Source: Psammoneis japonica (lineage: Eukaryota). From it: 64,000 bases of DNA. Both the position numbers and the translations under genes were made by a program. Below are positions 48,775 to 60,389 of this stretch, one piece after another. The notes under the pieces were generated by a model. That model had not been told where the DNA came from, did no database searches, and saw only the letters and a list, made by a program, of their open reading frames with translations. Numbering within the stretch: position 1 is the stretch's first letter; every line of letters begins with the position of its first letter. The DNA lies in the NCBI GenBank assembly GCA_008632985.1, contig QPGO01000016.1, positions 282,840 to 346,839 on the forward strand, given 5' to 3'.

Positions 48775-50100
48775 TGCACGCGGTCCGGAAAAAAAGGGTC
48801 TGTGCGCGCAAAATCCCACGGATCGCGCGAAAGCCAATGTGATTTCTTGTTGGGCATCATGGCTCCAATGATCCAGAACCTGGGAGTGATCCAGAACACT
48901 TTGACTTTCTTGGAGTCCATGGCGGGGCTTCTTGCTTCTTGGCACACAGCCACTGGCTGGTGGCTGGTGACCCCTCCAAAAGTTTGTCTTTGCAAAGATG
49001 CTGCACATTGCTCGTGGCACATGACAACTTCAACTTCTTGGGAGGAGGCACGCCAGATGAAACTGCTGTGTTTGGGCCTTCGTTCAAGACAAACTCACCA
49101 CCAAGGATGGAGTGGAGTTTGTCCAACAAACACCAGCAGTGCACTTTGACAAGAGTGCCAAAGAAGCTGCAAAAGCAAGGGGGGTGGCTTCACTTTGCTG
49201 ACCCCAGCAGCATTGTTCCTTTTTTTGAGATCGTGGTCTCTTCAACCAAGTGCTCTGACAAAATGGTGCTCCCCACTGTCTCAATGAGGCAGACTGTCAA
49301 TCCACTTGAACGCTCCTCCTTGAAGAATTTTTCTTTGACATTTGCAGTTGCTTGTCACCAGGTGGTTGTGGGCATTGTCCAGAAACCCCTGTTGAGTGGT
49401 GCTTGTTTGATGTTCAGCATCACATTGTGACTTTAGAGAACCTTGAGCCTGGCACCTGCCTTGGCTTTGAGAGTGCAGCTCTGTCTTGGCAAATGGAAAT
49501 GTTGCTCACTCCAAATGTCCCACAAACAAGTCTTTTTGCAACATCTGTGGCACACCACCCTCACCCCAGTGGGGGCATCCACATTGGCCAAGCCTGCGCC
49601 CATGGATCAGTTTCCAGGATTGGAAATTCACTTGAACTTCCTCTCCAGGATGACAAAACTCTCAACTCAGTCCTTTCTCAGTCTGTGCTGCAAAAAAAGC
49701 ACTTGCTGGCAAAATGAAAGAGCTTGTCCCAAACTTTTCCCAGTGAGATTGCTGCCTTGGTTGTGCTCAGAGTCAGCGACATTTTGCAATCTCGTCCCAA
49801 GCAGCACAATGGCAATTCCTGCAAATTGTGCAGAGAGCGCACCAGTGGCTGCTGCTGCTGCTGCAAAAGCAAGTTTTTCACTGCCAACTGTTGCTGCATG
49901 CTGGAGGACAAGAATCCAAGTGTGATTCCTGCACCTTTGATTGTGAGTGCACGGTCAACACATCTGGAAACCTGTGCACCACAGGAGGTGGTTTTGGAAG
50001 CAATTCCATGATGGTGTGCAGGAATGAAAACAAGGCTTGTGGTCTTTGACAGTTTCATTCAGCACAAAAGCGCAACACCCGGTTGCTGTGAATGACCCAA
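48775..50100. other. TpA/CpG-depleted tract of unknown origin
   Basis: Essentially no TA over 1.3 kb; no recognisable domain or termini. Confidence 0.7.
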
Positions 50101-50496
50101 AACTGTTCTACATCGGCCGATCCAGCTCTAGACTCTAGAAATAACAGGAATGGCACTCGGCTTCAACACAAATTTTACAGGCATGCTTGTTCCATCATCA
50201 CATGCACAGTAGTATCCCTGCAGACGATTCACCACTACCTTAAATTTTCTCTTCAAAACACAAGTTCTAACCGATTGTTGAGCCTACCTTGCCATGTGCG
50301 AAACGAAGTGCTGTAGACGGCAGCTTATGGAAACTGTTTCTGACCCACCCCAAGTTCAATTTTATTCCTATAGAGAGTCTTTAGAGTAGCAGCACAACAT
50401 CTTATTCGCGCATTCACCTCCCTTAACAAGCGCTCTCAAAGGAATCGTTCGCAGCCTTCAAATTGGAAACTGGACAAACGTCGGACTACGTCAACT

Positions 50497-51285
50497 TCAC
50501 AAGGATATCATTCCACTGCAAGTCATGCATTCTCCCGTTATATATCCACTCCGCTCGCAACTAGCCAAAAACAGAACGAGATTGGCGACATCGGTTGGTT
50601 TGCCAAATTTTCCAAGAGGAATCTTCTTTACAATTTCTTTACACACGTGGTCAGGAACAGCACGGGACATGGGAGTGTCGATAAATCCTGGCAATACGGC
50701 ATTGACTCGAATGCTTTTCATTGCCACTTCCTTGGCGAGCGCTCTTGTCAATCCCAGCACACCACCCTTGCTTGCGCTGTAATTCACTTGGCCGAGATTG
50801 CCTTGCTCGGAAACCACAGAGCCAATGTTGACAACACTGGCGGGTGATGTTCTTGACGAGCAAAACTCTCGACAGGTCAAGAAAGTCCCGCGCAGATTTA
50901 CATTGATTACATTGTCCCATTGGTCCAACGTCATTTTGTGACAAAAGGCATCCTGCGTAATGCCAGCACAATTGACTAGAATGCTGCTACTACCGCTTTC
51001 ACCCGCAAACTCATCTGCTTCTCTTATCAATGACTCGACTTGAGTAGGATCCGTCACATCCGTCACGACACTACACGCCATTGACGACGACGAATGCTCT
51101 TGTTGCGATGACGACAGTTCTTGTCGACATGCCTGCTCCACTTGTTGCAATTTGTCTCGTGACAGGTCGGCCAAGACGACACGACATTTTTGTTTGGCTA
51201 ATTCCAACGACACGGCTGCACCAATTCCAGATCCGGCACCGGTAACAATAGCCGTTTTTGTACCAAGTTTCAACCAAGAAGACAT
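50497..51285 (-). CDS. fabG: SDR, 3-oxoacyl-ACP reductase / HSD17B8-like
   Basis: TGAGSGIG, VNCAGIT, YSASK, PGFIDTPM. Confidence 0.9.
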   Translation of the reverse strand: MSSWLKLGTKTAIVTGAGSGIGAAVSLELAKQKCRVVLADLSRDKLQQVEQACRQELSSSQQEHSSSSMACSVVTDVTDPTQVESLIREADEFAGESGSSSILVNCAGITQDAFCHKMTLDQWDNVINVNLRGTFLTCREFCSSRTSPASVVNIGSVVSEQGNLGQVNYSASKGGVLGLTRALAKEVAMKSIRVNAVLPGFIDTPMSRAVPDHVCKEIVKKIPLGKFGKPTDVANLVLFLASCERSGYITGECMTCSGMISL

Positions 51286-51656
51286 TCTTGTGAGAAACGA
51301 CGGAACGATATGGCGGAAAAGCGTTGAGAGTCTGATGGAGTGACGGGCTGCAGCGATGATCGAAGGTGGTAGGAGGTTTGGTTGGGTCGCCAGATCTTTT
51401 TTGGAATCAATCTTGACAGCCCACCTAAAATACTTATATAAATCTGTATACTATCTATATTTTCTTTGCACGACTTGTGACGTCTGCACACACGACTCGG
51501 GTTTCCTCGTGCGTGTTCTCGTGACTCACAAGTCACAAGTCTCGAGGCATCCGCCCGTCAATCCACATTGACGCTCTCAGCCATATAAAATACAGTAGAC
51601 TTCGCGAATGAAAACAATAGAAATACAGGGTTTCAAAGAAAAAGGCAATAGAAAGA

Positions 51657-52841
51657 ATGAAATGGATATGCAAGTCTCTGTGGCTCGTCATTTTTGTTTT
51701 GTCAAAGGCGGCGTCGGCCTTTTCGGCGGTTTCAACGGTAAACCGACCGCAGCAAGACAGAATCAAGCAGCTGGAACAAAAGGCTTATACCCCGGAAGAT
51801 CTGAGCAAGTTATTGGTTTCATACTCAACTCGAACACCAGGCTCCCTACGACACCAGCGTGGTTGGACGCACTGGTCACAGGTGGCGGTCGATACTATTC
51901 GGTACAACTTGTCACTGAATCTGCCTGTACAAGCGGACTCCGACGGCTTTTCGGACCTTTGGTTTCAATTGGGGGTTGCCGCTGATACGGGTGAGATGCC
52001 TAGCTTTGAATGCGCCGGAAGCCGATCAGGTTATGCACTTGAATTTTTCTGTCGAGCTTTGCTCCTTGCCGATTTGTTGTTGGATCCCACCTTTCCAACC
52101 TCCTGGAAGAGTGACACAGATGCTGCACTGAAGCGCCCATATTTACAGAACTACAAAGAATGTCATCTCATGTCAATTGGTGGTGGACCAGGGTACGACC
52201 ATGTCTCTGCAGCGTTGGTTGCGTCCTTTCACAATGTAGCTCTAGGTTCTGAGCAGACTACGGTATCGTCTGTTGTTTTCGACTATGAAGAGGGGTGGCA
52301 TGATTTGGTGGAATCCATGTCGACTGCTACAGATAAATCCCTACGCAATGACTCACACTCGTGTTCTTGGGGTGGCAAGTGCGATATTACAAAACCACTG
52401 TCAGATCCTTGCAACGAGGCCTGCTTGGAGCAAGCAAGCAAGACAAATCTCTTTGTATGCCAATATTGCGTGGCGGAAAATGCCAACGACTTGAGAGATT
52501 CCAACTTTTCCTTTTTTGTGGACTTGTTCCAGCGAGCGTCTGAGGGGGCATTGTTTATCTTTACTGAAACGTCGCCCCGACTGTGGCCGGACTTTGTGGA
52601 CCTGGTCGAGTCAAGACCCGAACTGCGCGACATGGAAGTCGGTTTTGTACGCAACGTTGGGAGAGGCAAGTGTGGACCGCAGTTGATACTCCGCAAAGGG
52701 CATGGACGTGAAAAATTTGCAACCCTCGATTTAGAGCAACGTGCTCTTTGCAACGACTTTAGACAAATGCAAGTGTTGCAGGATCGCAAAATGAGCAACA
52801 ATTTTCAACGGCAGCGGCGCAGAGTTCCTGGTGAAAAGTAA
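51657..52841 (+). CDS. Hypothetical protein with possible SAM-binding motif, likely plastid-targeted
   Basis: 394-aa ORF; ASAFS presequence; SIGGGPGYD motif. Confidence 0.78.
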   Translation: MKWICKSLWLVIFVLSKAASAFSAVSTVNRPQQDRIKQLEQKAYTPEDLSKLLVSYSTRTPGSLRHQRGWTHWSQVAVDTIRYNLSLNLPVQADSDGFSDLWFQLGVAADTGEMPSFECAGSRSGYALEFFCRALLLADLLLDPTFPTSWKSDTDAALKRPYLQNYKECHLMSIGGGPGYDHVSAALVASFHNVALGSEQTTVSSVVFDYEEGWHDLVESMSTATDKSLRNDSHSCSWGGKCDITKPLSDPCNEACLEQASKTNLFVCQYCVAENANDLRDSNFSFFVDLFQRASEGALFIFTETSPRLWPDFVDLVESRPELRDMEVGFVRNVGRGKCGPQLILRKGHGREKFATLDLEQRALCNDFRQMQVLQDRKMSNNFQRQRRRVPGEK

Positions 52842-54369
52842 CAGCATCAACCCACGACATGTCTAAACTACTGTGTACTCGACATAAACTGTCTTGTGGT
52901 AGCTTAACGGTGCGAATATCGACCAGTAAAGGAGTATTTGCAACAAGTCACACGACGATGGCTATAAGAGTGTTGCACCGTGGTCACGACGTTGCGATTA
53001 CTCCGAATCGTTATAGGTGCTCTGATGAAGGCGAACGCAGTCAATTATTTTTTCGGAGGTACTACTTGCTCTGAGGAAGCAATTTTCCGAAAAAAGTTCT
53101 TCTCCCGTTTTCCAGTATCTTCTCTCCAAGACCAATTCTACCCCTTCTGAAGCTATGTTTCAAAAAGAAAGCGAGGACAGAACAGCAGGATTGATGATGA
53201 CAGATGTAACGAGTGAGCTTTTGCATTCTCATGTTTGCCGAGTGTTAACGTTGGGCGTGGCAAGAGGAACAACAGCTTGAGCCCTGCGTATTCAATTCAG
53301 ATCTCATATCCAGCTATGGGAATGTTCCATGCTCACAACGCACATGCCTCTGGTCAGCGGTAGACGCCAAAATAATTGCAAAAGCGTCATACGGCTGAAT
53401 CCAAGGTTGCTCGCGACCCAGATCAGAACGAACTTGAGGGCAGGAAAGCCGAGGACAGCACCATTTTGGTTTGACTTCACATTTTTCCAACGCAAGCCTA
53501 CATGAGTCAAGGAGCTTGTTTTCAGAACGATCCCCTCGTAACGGAAACGCCAAGAGTCGTACAATCAATCCGAATATTGTGCTTTCACTTATTTCATCTT
53601 GCTGTAATAATGATCCAAGTTTTTGTTCACAACAAGGCGGAACCAAGTATCACACAGAAGGATTCCGTCGGCAACTCACCCAACTGTGGGCATTCCGAGA
53701 CCATCCACCAGACTATGAAACTCCAAAAAACCAACAGTCAACTCGCATACCTGCGACTCCTGCTTGGCATCCAAGCAAACTCCAGGGAGTGAGGATGTAT
53801 TGAAACGTTTGCTGCTCCGACTGTGACTGATAGCAAAAAATGTCGTGCGACTAAATAAGGCTGCTCGCTGATTCATGATGGAATGTTGTGTCTTATCCGA
53901 TTCGTCAACGGAAGACGGTTGCGCGGGAACGAAAGACTATCGATTTACTGTATTTTCCTAAACTCCTTTTAGATCAAAGATACGATAGTCTCATAGAGAA
54001 ACATCCATTATTATCCTTAAACGTGATACAAGAAATTGCACATTCCACCAAAACGGAGATGATAATAATAAAACTAAAATATAATATTTGTAGATAAATT
54101 CGATACCATGCATTCCGCAGAAGCGCGTAAAACTGCCCCTACGGAGCAAATTCGAAATAGATGTGTTCAAGCATGAATCCCTGATAAAATTTTGGAGTCT
54201 TGCAATTAGAATCTACCTATTCAGATCGCTAGCTTTGAATAACCGAAATTTCGAAAAAATTCGCTCTGATTTGGGGGGACCTTACACTCACAAAAATCTT
54301 AACGCCTCATCAGTGAGCGAGGTGAGTGAACATGATGCAACGCTCCTGTGTATCAACATTTCACTTGTC

Positions 54370-55712
54370 ATGATGGAAGCAACATTTTTTTAACCAAAGA
54401 ACGAAGTCAAAGAAACTGTGTATGGACGTTTTGGCGACGATCCATGGTGATTCTAGCTCCTTGTTTTGTGTTCTCTCTAATCGTTGGCTCTGGTATTGAA
54501 GAGTATACACGGGCTTCGGTTTTAAAAACACCAACAAGGTATGAAAAGGGAATTTGGGAGAATCTAAGACGAGATGGACACTCAATATTTGCTGTGAGAC
54601 CAAGGATCATAAGCCTTTTTCCTCCTCGCTCTTTAGCAAATGAAGAAGTCAGACCCGTTTATCCGATTGGAATGAACGCAAGCACATCCAAGAATGCCCA
54701 AATCCGAGATTTTGATCGTCCCTTCTACGACGAATGCGAGCCAATCGATGATTGGCAGACACGCTTTTATTCAACGTGCAATTCCTTTCATGAAATGGAT
54801 ATTTCGGCTTTGGATGACGACGGTCCGAAAGCTCGTGTTCTTTCGACTCTTGGTTCACGAAGATTGGTTTGGAAAGTCCGTCCGAGAGACAAAACGTTGG
54901 TGTTGAAAACGTTACATTTCCGTCGCGAATTTGATTCCACCACTTATCCTTTTTCGATTGTGGATGCAATCGTCATGGAGAGGCTCACGTCGTCACCCTT
55001 CATTGTCAATGCCTATGGCTTTTGTGGACAGTCGGTGTTCACAGAGTATGCTCCTGAAGCAGCCAGGTTTCTGATTCAGAACGATCGATTCAGTACCAAA
55101 CGTGACGGCATTTTATTGGCTCGTAATTTGGCCATTGGTATGCACGATTTGCATTACATTGGTAATTCCTCCGAACCAACATTCTGTCACAACGATATCA
55201 ACACGGCCAACTTGATTCAAAGGTCGAACGGAATCAAGTACAATGATTTCAACATTGGTTTCATGCTTCGACGAAACTCCACTTCCAAGAAACCTTGTGG
55301 ATTCCCTGCCCACTTTGTCAATCCCGAATGGAATGCCCCCGAAGAAATCAGAAACAAGAAATATGTATCAGAAAAGATTGATATCTTTTCTTTGGGATAC
55401 ATTTATTATCTCATCTTGACCAAGCAAGACGGGTGGAAGCTTGAACCGGGTGGACATCCACCAATGGCCACTGTAGAGCAAATGAAAGTGGATGGTGTCT
55501 TGCCCTTTTTGCCGGAACAATACGCCAACACGACAGTGTTGGAAGAGCGAGCCATGATTGCAGCGTACAGAGCGTGCTTTCAGTACGATCCCAACAACAG
55601 GCCAACGGCACGCGTGTTGCGTGAAGCGTTTGAAACTGTTATTGATTGGAGTAAGAAACAAAAGACAGCTACAGACAATGAGCTGCGAGAGCTGTTTCAT
55701 CTTGTTGAATAA
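54370..55712 (+). CDS. Membrane-anchored protein kinase-like protein
   Basis: VLKTL, HNDINTAN, NDFNIG, APEE, KIDIFSLG. ATG at 54370 needs one extra T in the T7 run near 54385-54391; otherwise the start is 54444. Confidence 0.85.
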
Positions 55713-56291
55713 AAGAGTTGGACCTGTTTCGCTCCCTGTTACGACGAACGGAAAAGACATGTTGTACAGTATAACTTCCATCATTACATGTAAGAAATTT
55801 TACATATTAATCATAAGATACTAAGACTTTGACAACTCTCTAGAGTCTAATTCTTGCATTACTCTCTGGTAGAGTAGTAGCTAGCTCCAGCTAGCTAGTA
55901 GCTAGACTACTCTAGCTACGAGTACTGAAATAGAGAGGGCTGGTTGTCGTACAGTATGGACTCTAGAGAGAGGGCCTACTAGAATAGCTAGACATGTTGG
56001 ATGTGCCGCACCATCATGGATCATGGTGAGCAAAGAAAAATGAGAGGAATCTGGAATGCTCTGTGATTTCGATCGGATCCCAACCTGGTACATTTTCTAC
56101 AGAGCCGTTACGTAGAATCATGTGTCGGAGTGACAGCTGTAGCCGCACAAAACAAATTCATGACGAGCCCCCATGGCAATCATTTTTTGCTGCCGTTAAG
56201 CGCGTTGGTTGCATGTAATTGTCCTTATAACTACGGATTCTAGTAGAGAGGCTATTGTTTCAGTTTAGTAAAGCCGGAGAATCAAAAAATT

Positions 56292-57830
56292 ATGTGTCGC
56301 TTTTGGATTATAAGTTCCGTCGTTGTTGTCTGCTGCTGCGTGGATTCATGGCGATATCCTCCGACGAGACAGGTTGTTCGAATCACAACAACAGCAAGGC
56401 CATGGAGAGATCTTCGTGGAGGAGGTGGAGATGAAAATGTGGAAATTATAGAAATGGAAGCAATCGTAACACATGGGAATGAATCAGACGAAAGTGTCAT
56501 GCGCATGACTAGCGGTGAAGAGGAACAACAAAATATCGAAGCTACAGAAGAAGAATCGGCAGAAGGGGAACAGTTTAAAGGACAGAATGATCATATTGAT
56601 AGTGAAGAGGATGAGGAAGTTTCGAGTACAAGTAGCAGCGATCAAGTCGGTGAAGAAGAAGAAGATGATGGAGAAGCTCTAGATTCTGATGAGGAGGAAA
56701 CAGTGAATGAGCAGACGCTGCAAGAGCAAGAACAAGCTCGTACTCTTGCAGCACAACTCCGATTAACTGGTAAGGAACTTCACGATGAAGGAAATTGGGA
56801 AAAAGCGGCGGAAACCTTCTATGAGGCATCGACCGTGTTGGAACAATTACCCGACGCGGCGGCAGAAGAATTGGCGACTTGTCGTCTGCACGAGGCACTG
56901 TGTCGGCTAAAGCAATTGGATTATGATGCTTGTGCCAAAGTTTGTAGTACAGTGTTGCAAGAAGGGGGGTCCACCATTCCGGCTGCCATTCAGGCACGAG
57001 CTCATCATCGACGAGCCAAGGCAAAGTTGGGTTTGGGGGATATGTCGGGTGCACTGGTGGATGCAAGGTCGGCAGCCTTTTTGGGTGATCGCAAGGCTGT
57101 TGCACTGTACGGTCGTCTCATGAGAGAAACATCCACCGGTGACGACTCGTCCTTGTCATCATCTCAAGAGGCTTCGTCATCATCGTCGTCGCCTCCAGCA
57201 CTGTTGAATGATTTGTTTCAAGGGCGCAATCCATTCATGCCTTCAAGTGGAGATGCCGGTTCCTCGGCCTTGATGGAGTCCCTTCTCAGCAAGAGCTCGG
57301 GATCAGGCAGCAGTGGCGGCAGTCCGTCACTGGGACCCTTGGGTGATTTGTTGCTGGGTGGAATGGGTGGCAAGAAGAAGAAAAAGGGTGATGGCAGCTT
57401 GGTAAAGTCCGTCATGAAGTCACTGTCGAAACGACTCGACGACGAAGACACACAAGAAACGATTTGTCAATATTTACAAAACACAGACTCGTCAAAATTA
57501 CAACGATTAGCAGACATGGCAGGCATGCCCTTGACGGATGCACAAGCGGCGCAGCTTGCCTCCTTTTGCAACGGCGTGACACCCAAGAAGATTCAAAAGA
57601 ATGTGAAACGAGGCAGAAGAGTGTGGTATGTCATTTCGATTGTTCGAAAAACTCTTAAAGTATTGGACAAGTACAAGCATATACTTGTCTTGTTGGCGTT
57701 AATATCATGGGTCAAGAGTGCAATATTGCGGCCAATGCCTATTAATAAAAAGGCAGCCAAGCAGGCCGCAAAGGAGGCGGCCAAGGAAGCTGCGAAATTA
57801 GCGGCGGAGAAAGCTCTGGAGGGCAATTAA
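56292..57830 (+). CDS. TPR-containing protein with signal peptide
   Basis: Acidic region, three TPR-like helical repeats, C-terminal TM segment. Confidence 0.85.
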   Translation: MCRFWIISSVVVVCCCVDSWRYPPTRQVVRITTTARPWRDLRGGGGDENVEIIEMEAIVTHGNESDESVMRMTSGEEEQQNIEATEEESAEGEQFKGQNDHIDSEEDEEVSSTSSSDQVGEEEEDDGEALDSDEEETVNEQTLQEQEQARTLAAQLRLTGKELHDEGNWEKAAETFYEASTVLEQLPDAAAEELATCRLHEALCRLKQLDYDACAKVCSTVLQEGGSTIPAAIQARAHHRRAKAKLGLGDMSGALVDARSAAFLGDRKAVALYGRLMRETSTGDDSSLSSSQEASSSSSSPPALLNDLFQGRNPFMPSSGDAGSSALMESLLSKSSGSGSSGGSPSLGPLGDLLLGGMGGKKKKKGDGSLVKSVMKSLSKRLDDEDTQETICQYLQNTDSSKLQRLADMAGMPLTDAQAAQLASFCNGVTPKKIQKNVKRGRRVWYVISIVRKTLKVLDKYKHILVLLALISWVKSAILRPMPINKKAAKQAAKEAAKEAAKLAAEKALEGN

Positions 57831-58072
57831 AATCGCTATGCTGCATAATATGTATTGATTGGGATTGCATTTAAATTTTCTTGCCGTGTAGCGTCTCAGC
57901 AAATCCCGGTCTCTAGCACCTAGCAAGCCTCTGCAAGAGAGCTGATATATTTTTGCGCAAATCCAGCTCAATTCTCACAACAATCCAGTATTGACAATGC
58001 TTTGTTTCTGAAGTGGCTTGTGTTCGTTGAAATACGGTTGCCCACCATACCCGCAAGCACGGGTTGGAGCTG
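57705..58072 (+). repeat. Direct repeat of about 370 bp, copy 1 (copy 2 at about 62305-62673)
   Basis: Covers the 3' end of the TPR gene, the intergenic spacer and the 3' end of the cyclophilin. Confidence 0.9.
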
Positions 58073-58504
58073 GCTCCATAAATGCAGAACGCCAACTGTG
58101 CTTCCCGTGCCTTCCCTCTCTAGTATCTCTCAACAAGAGTTCACAATCTGTTTCGATTTTGTTCACATACTCTACTCTCAAACGTGTCAGAGTTCAAGAG
58201 CATAGGATACTCCATTTCATTCCGATTCTCCCCACCAGTATCATGAAGATGGCCAATGACAACCATTGGGTTCCATCACAAAGGGATTCGATGAACGCAC
58301 AATGATATGGACAGGAGCATAGGTTCACTTACTCGAAAATGTATCTATTTGCGGTGAACGTCATACATTGTGCGTTGTAGGTGTTTCGTGATACAAGAAA
58401 GCCCTGTTCTCGATCTCTAGTAGTTAGTTCCTAGTAGTTCGCTCTGTTTCTCCCACCTATAGAAGCTGTGCAAGAAACTAGGCTAAATGTGTATTAATCG
58501 TAGG

Positions 58505-58803
58505 AAAGAACCCGTTTGATGGCGTATAGCAGACCAAAGAAGTTTCGAAAGCCGCACAAACCGGTATCGAGTCAATAAAATGCATAAGAATACCAATGTT
58601 TTGTGTAGTAAAGAACCCTTTTGATGGCGTAGCAGACAGAAGAAGTTTCGAGAGCCACACAAACCGGTGTCGAGTCAATAAAATCCATAAGAATACCAAG
58701 TTTGTACGTGTAGCAAAGAACCCGTTGGATGGCGCAGCAGACCAAAGAAGTTTCGAGAGCCACACAAACAGGTACCGAGTCAATGAAGTCCATATAAGAA
58801 TAC
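58505..58803. repeat. Tandem repeat, three units of about 105 bp
   Basis: AAAGAACCC..GATGGCG..AGAAGTTTCGA..GAGTCAAT..ATAAGAATAC at about 58505, 58610 and 58715. Confidence 0.9.
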
Positions 58804-58877
58804 ATTGTAAAAGCACATAGAGTCCACCGTTCAATGCTCAAACTCTTCTTAGATCTCCTCACGTAGACTCCATTATT

Positions 58878-60095
58878 TCAAACTCCATACAAGCAGGATT
58901 CCGTGAAAACACTTTCCGAGAGAGTGGCCGTTACCTGTGGAAGAGAAAGATCGCATGTGTCCTGCAGACATTGCTTAACAGCCAAGCAGGTTTTGGCCTC
59001 TGCTTCAAGTGTATCCTCTGCATCTTTGGGATCGCATTGCACCTGTGTGTAGTCAAAGTCTTGGCCGGGGCACATGAGGCCAATCGTAAGATTCGTTCCA
59101 GCAACCCCGCCTTCCGAGCATACTACCGACGGATCGGGAACAGCTTTGGCTGTTGTAGCAAAGGCACTTTGAGACGAGCCCCTGCATGCACACAAGACTT
59201 TCCACCAATTGTCCTCAGCAACAGATGACGTGCAGCTTATTTCACCGTCCCCGGCAATGGTGCAATTAGCAAAGTCAGAAATGCCCCAGAGCTCAATGGT
59301 GCCTCCTTCTCCACAAGACACAACCACACCAGGAGCTGAATCTTCGCACAGACCGTCAGAGCCTTTTACTGCATACCAATCAACTTGGAACATGGTATAC
59401 CTGGTGTTGCTATCGGGAGGTGGCTGCGTCGGTGGAGGTGTGCTGATGTTGGACTCATCTCCTTCATCATCGCTGACAACAACGGCAGCTACTACTGCAA
59501 TTGCAGCCAGCAAGAGAGCTAGCAATCCGAGCAGTACTAGCCAGCGCCTGCATCTAGGGGGCTTTTGTTTTTCTTCAGTATCTTTTTCTTCCAACATGAC
59601 ATCGGCACGTGGTGCTTCATTCATGATGCGCTTCTCGACTTGTGCCGCTACTCGAGCTTCAATCTCTGCCTCGTCGGGAGCGACTTCGGCGGCAACGAGT
59701 AGATCGGAAGTTCCCTCCGTCCTTCCTGCCTCCAATTCCTCAAAGTCATCTCGACGCATACCTGCATCCGAAGGTCTCAACCCGGCAACTGCAATGGCAC
59801 CTGGCATGGAAACTGCTTTTTTCATCACAGGAGCATGCTTCTTTTCACCGGTGGATCCAAAGCAGCTTTTCGTACTAGACTCTGCTCCAATTGCTGATGC
59901 GACACCCCCTGCGGGATACCCTCCCTCCTTGTTGCTACTGATTTCGCCGTGGTTCTGTCCTGCTGCGCTTGGGATGACCACAGCTGGCTTCCGTTCATCA
60001 TTGTCGATGGCTGTACGTCTTGGAATGGCAGGTGGCATGCGATCGTCCTCGTTGTCATCAATTCTGGATGTGGAGGAATAAGTCTTCATTTTCAT
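58878..60095 (-). CDS. Single-pass membrane protein with PGA motif and Cys-rich ectodomain
   Basis: MPGAIAV, TM segment, PPTQPP stalk, Cys-rich C-terminus. Confidence 0.82.
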   Translation of the reverse strand: MKMKTYSSTSRIDDNEDDRMPPAIPRRTAIDNDERKPAVVIPSAAGQNHGEISSNKEGGYPAGGVASAIGAESSTKSCFGSTGEKKHAPVMKKAVSMPGAIAVAGLRPSDAGMRRDDFEELEAGRTEGTSDLLVAAEVAPDEAEIEARVAAQVEKRIMNEAPRADVMLEEKDTEEKQKPPRCRRWLVLLGLLALLLAAIAVVAAVVVSDDEGDESNISTPPPTQPPPDSNTRYTMFQVDWYAVKGSDGLCEDSAPGVVVSCGEGGTIELWGISDFANCTIAGDGEISCTSSVAEDNWWKVLCACRGSSQSAFATTAKAVPDPSVVCSEGGVAGTNLTIGLMCPGQDFDYTQVQCDPKDAEDTLEAEAKTCLAVKQCLQDTCDLSLPQVTATLSESVFTESCLYGV

Positions 60096-60389
60096 GAACC
60101 AGATCACAGATGATCCCTTTTGTGCTCTTTCATTGAATCCAGCTGTGGTCGAGAAGTTGTTTCTTGTTCTGTTGTTTCGGGTAGTGTTGCTTCTTCGGAA
60201 TGAGACGACGGTGCTTTATTGTTTCCGCACACATTTTGATCCCGCGGCTTCAATGATTGCATGATAGATTGAAGATGATAGGCGATACGTTAGGCCGGCA
60301 ATCAGAATTTTTCGAAAGGCGGAAATGAACTGACGACTGACACCTTTTACAGTGCACGGGCAAAAGCCGCAGTCACAAGTTGAAGTTAT

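Noticed and set aside
52859..54340. Short ORFs between the hypothetical gene and the kinase
   Set aside because: No domain evidence; treated as intergenic.
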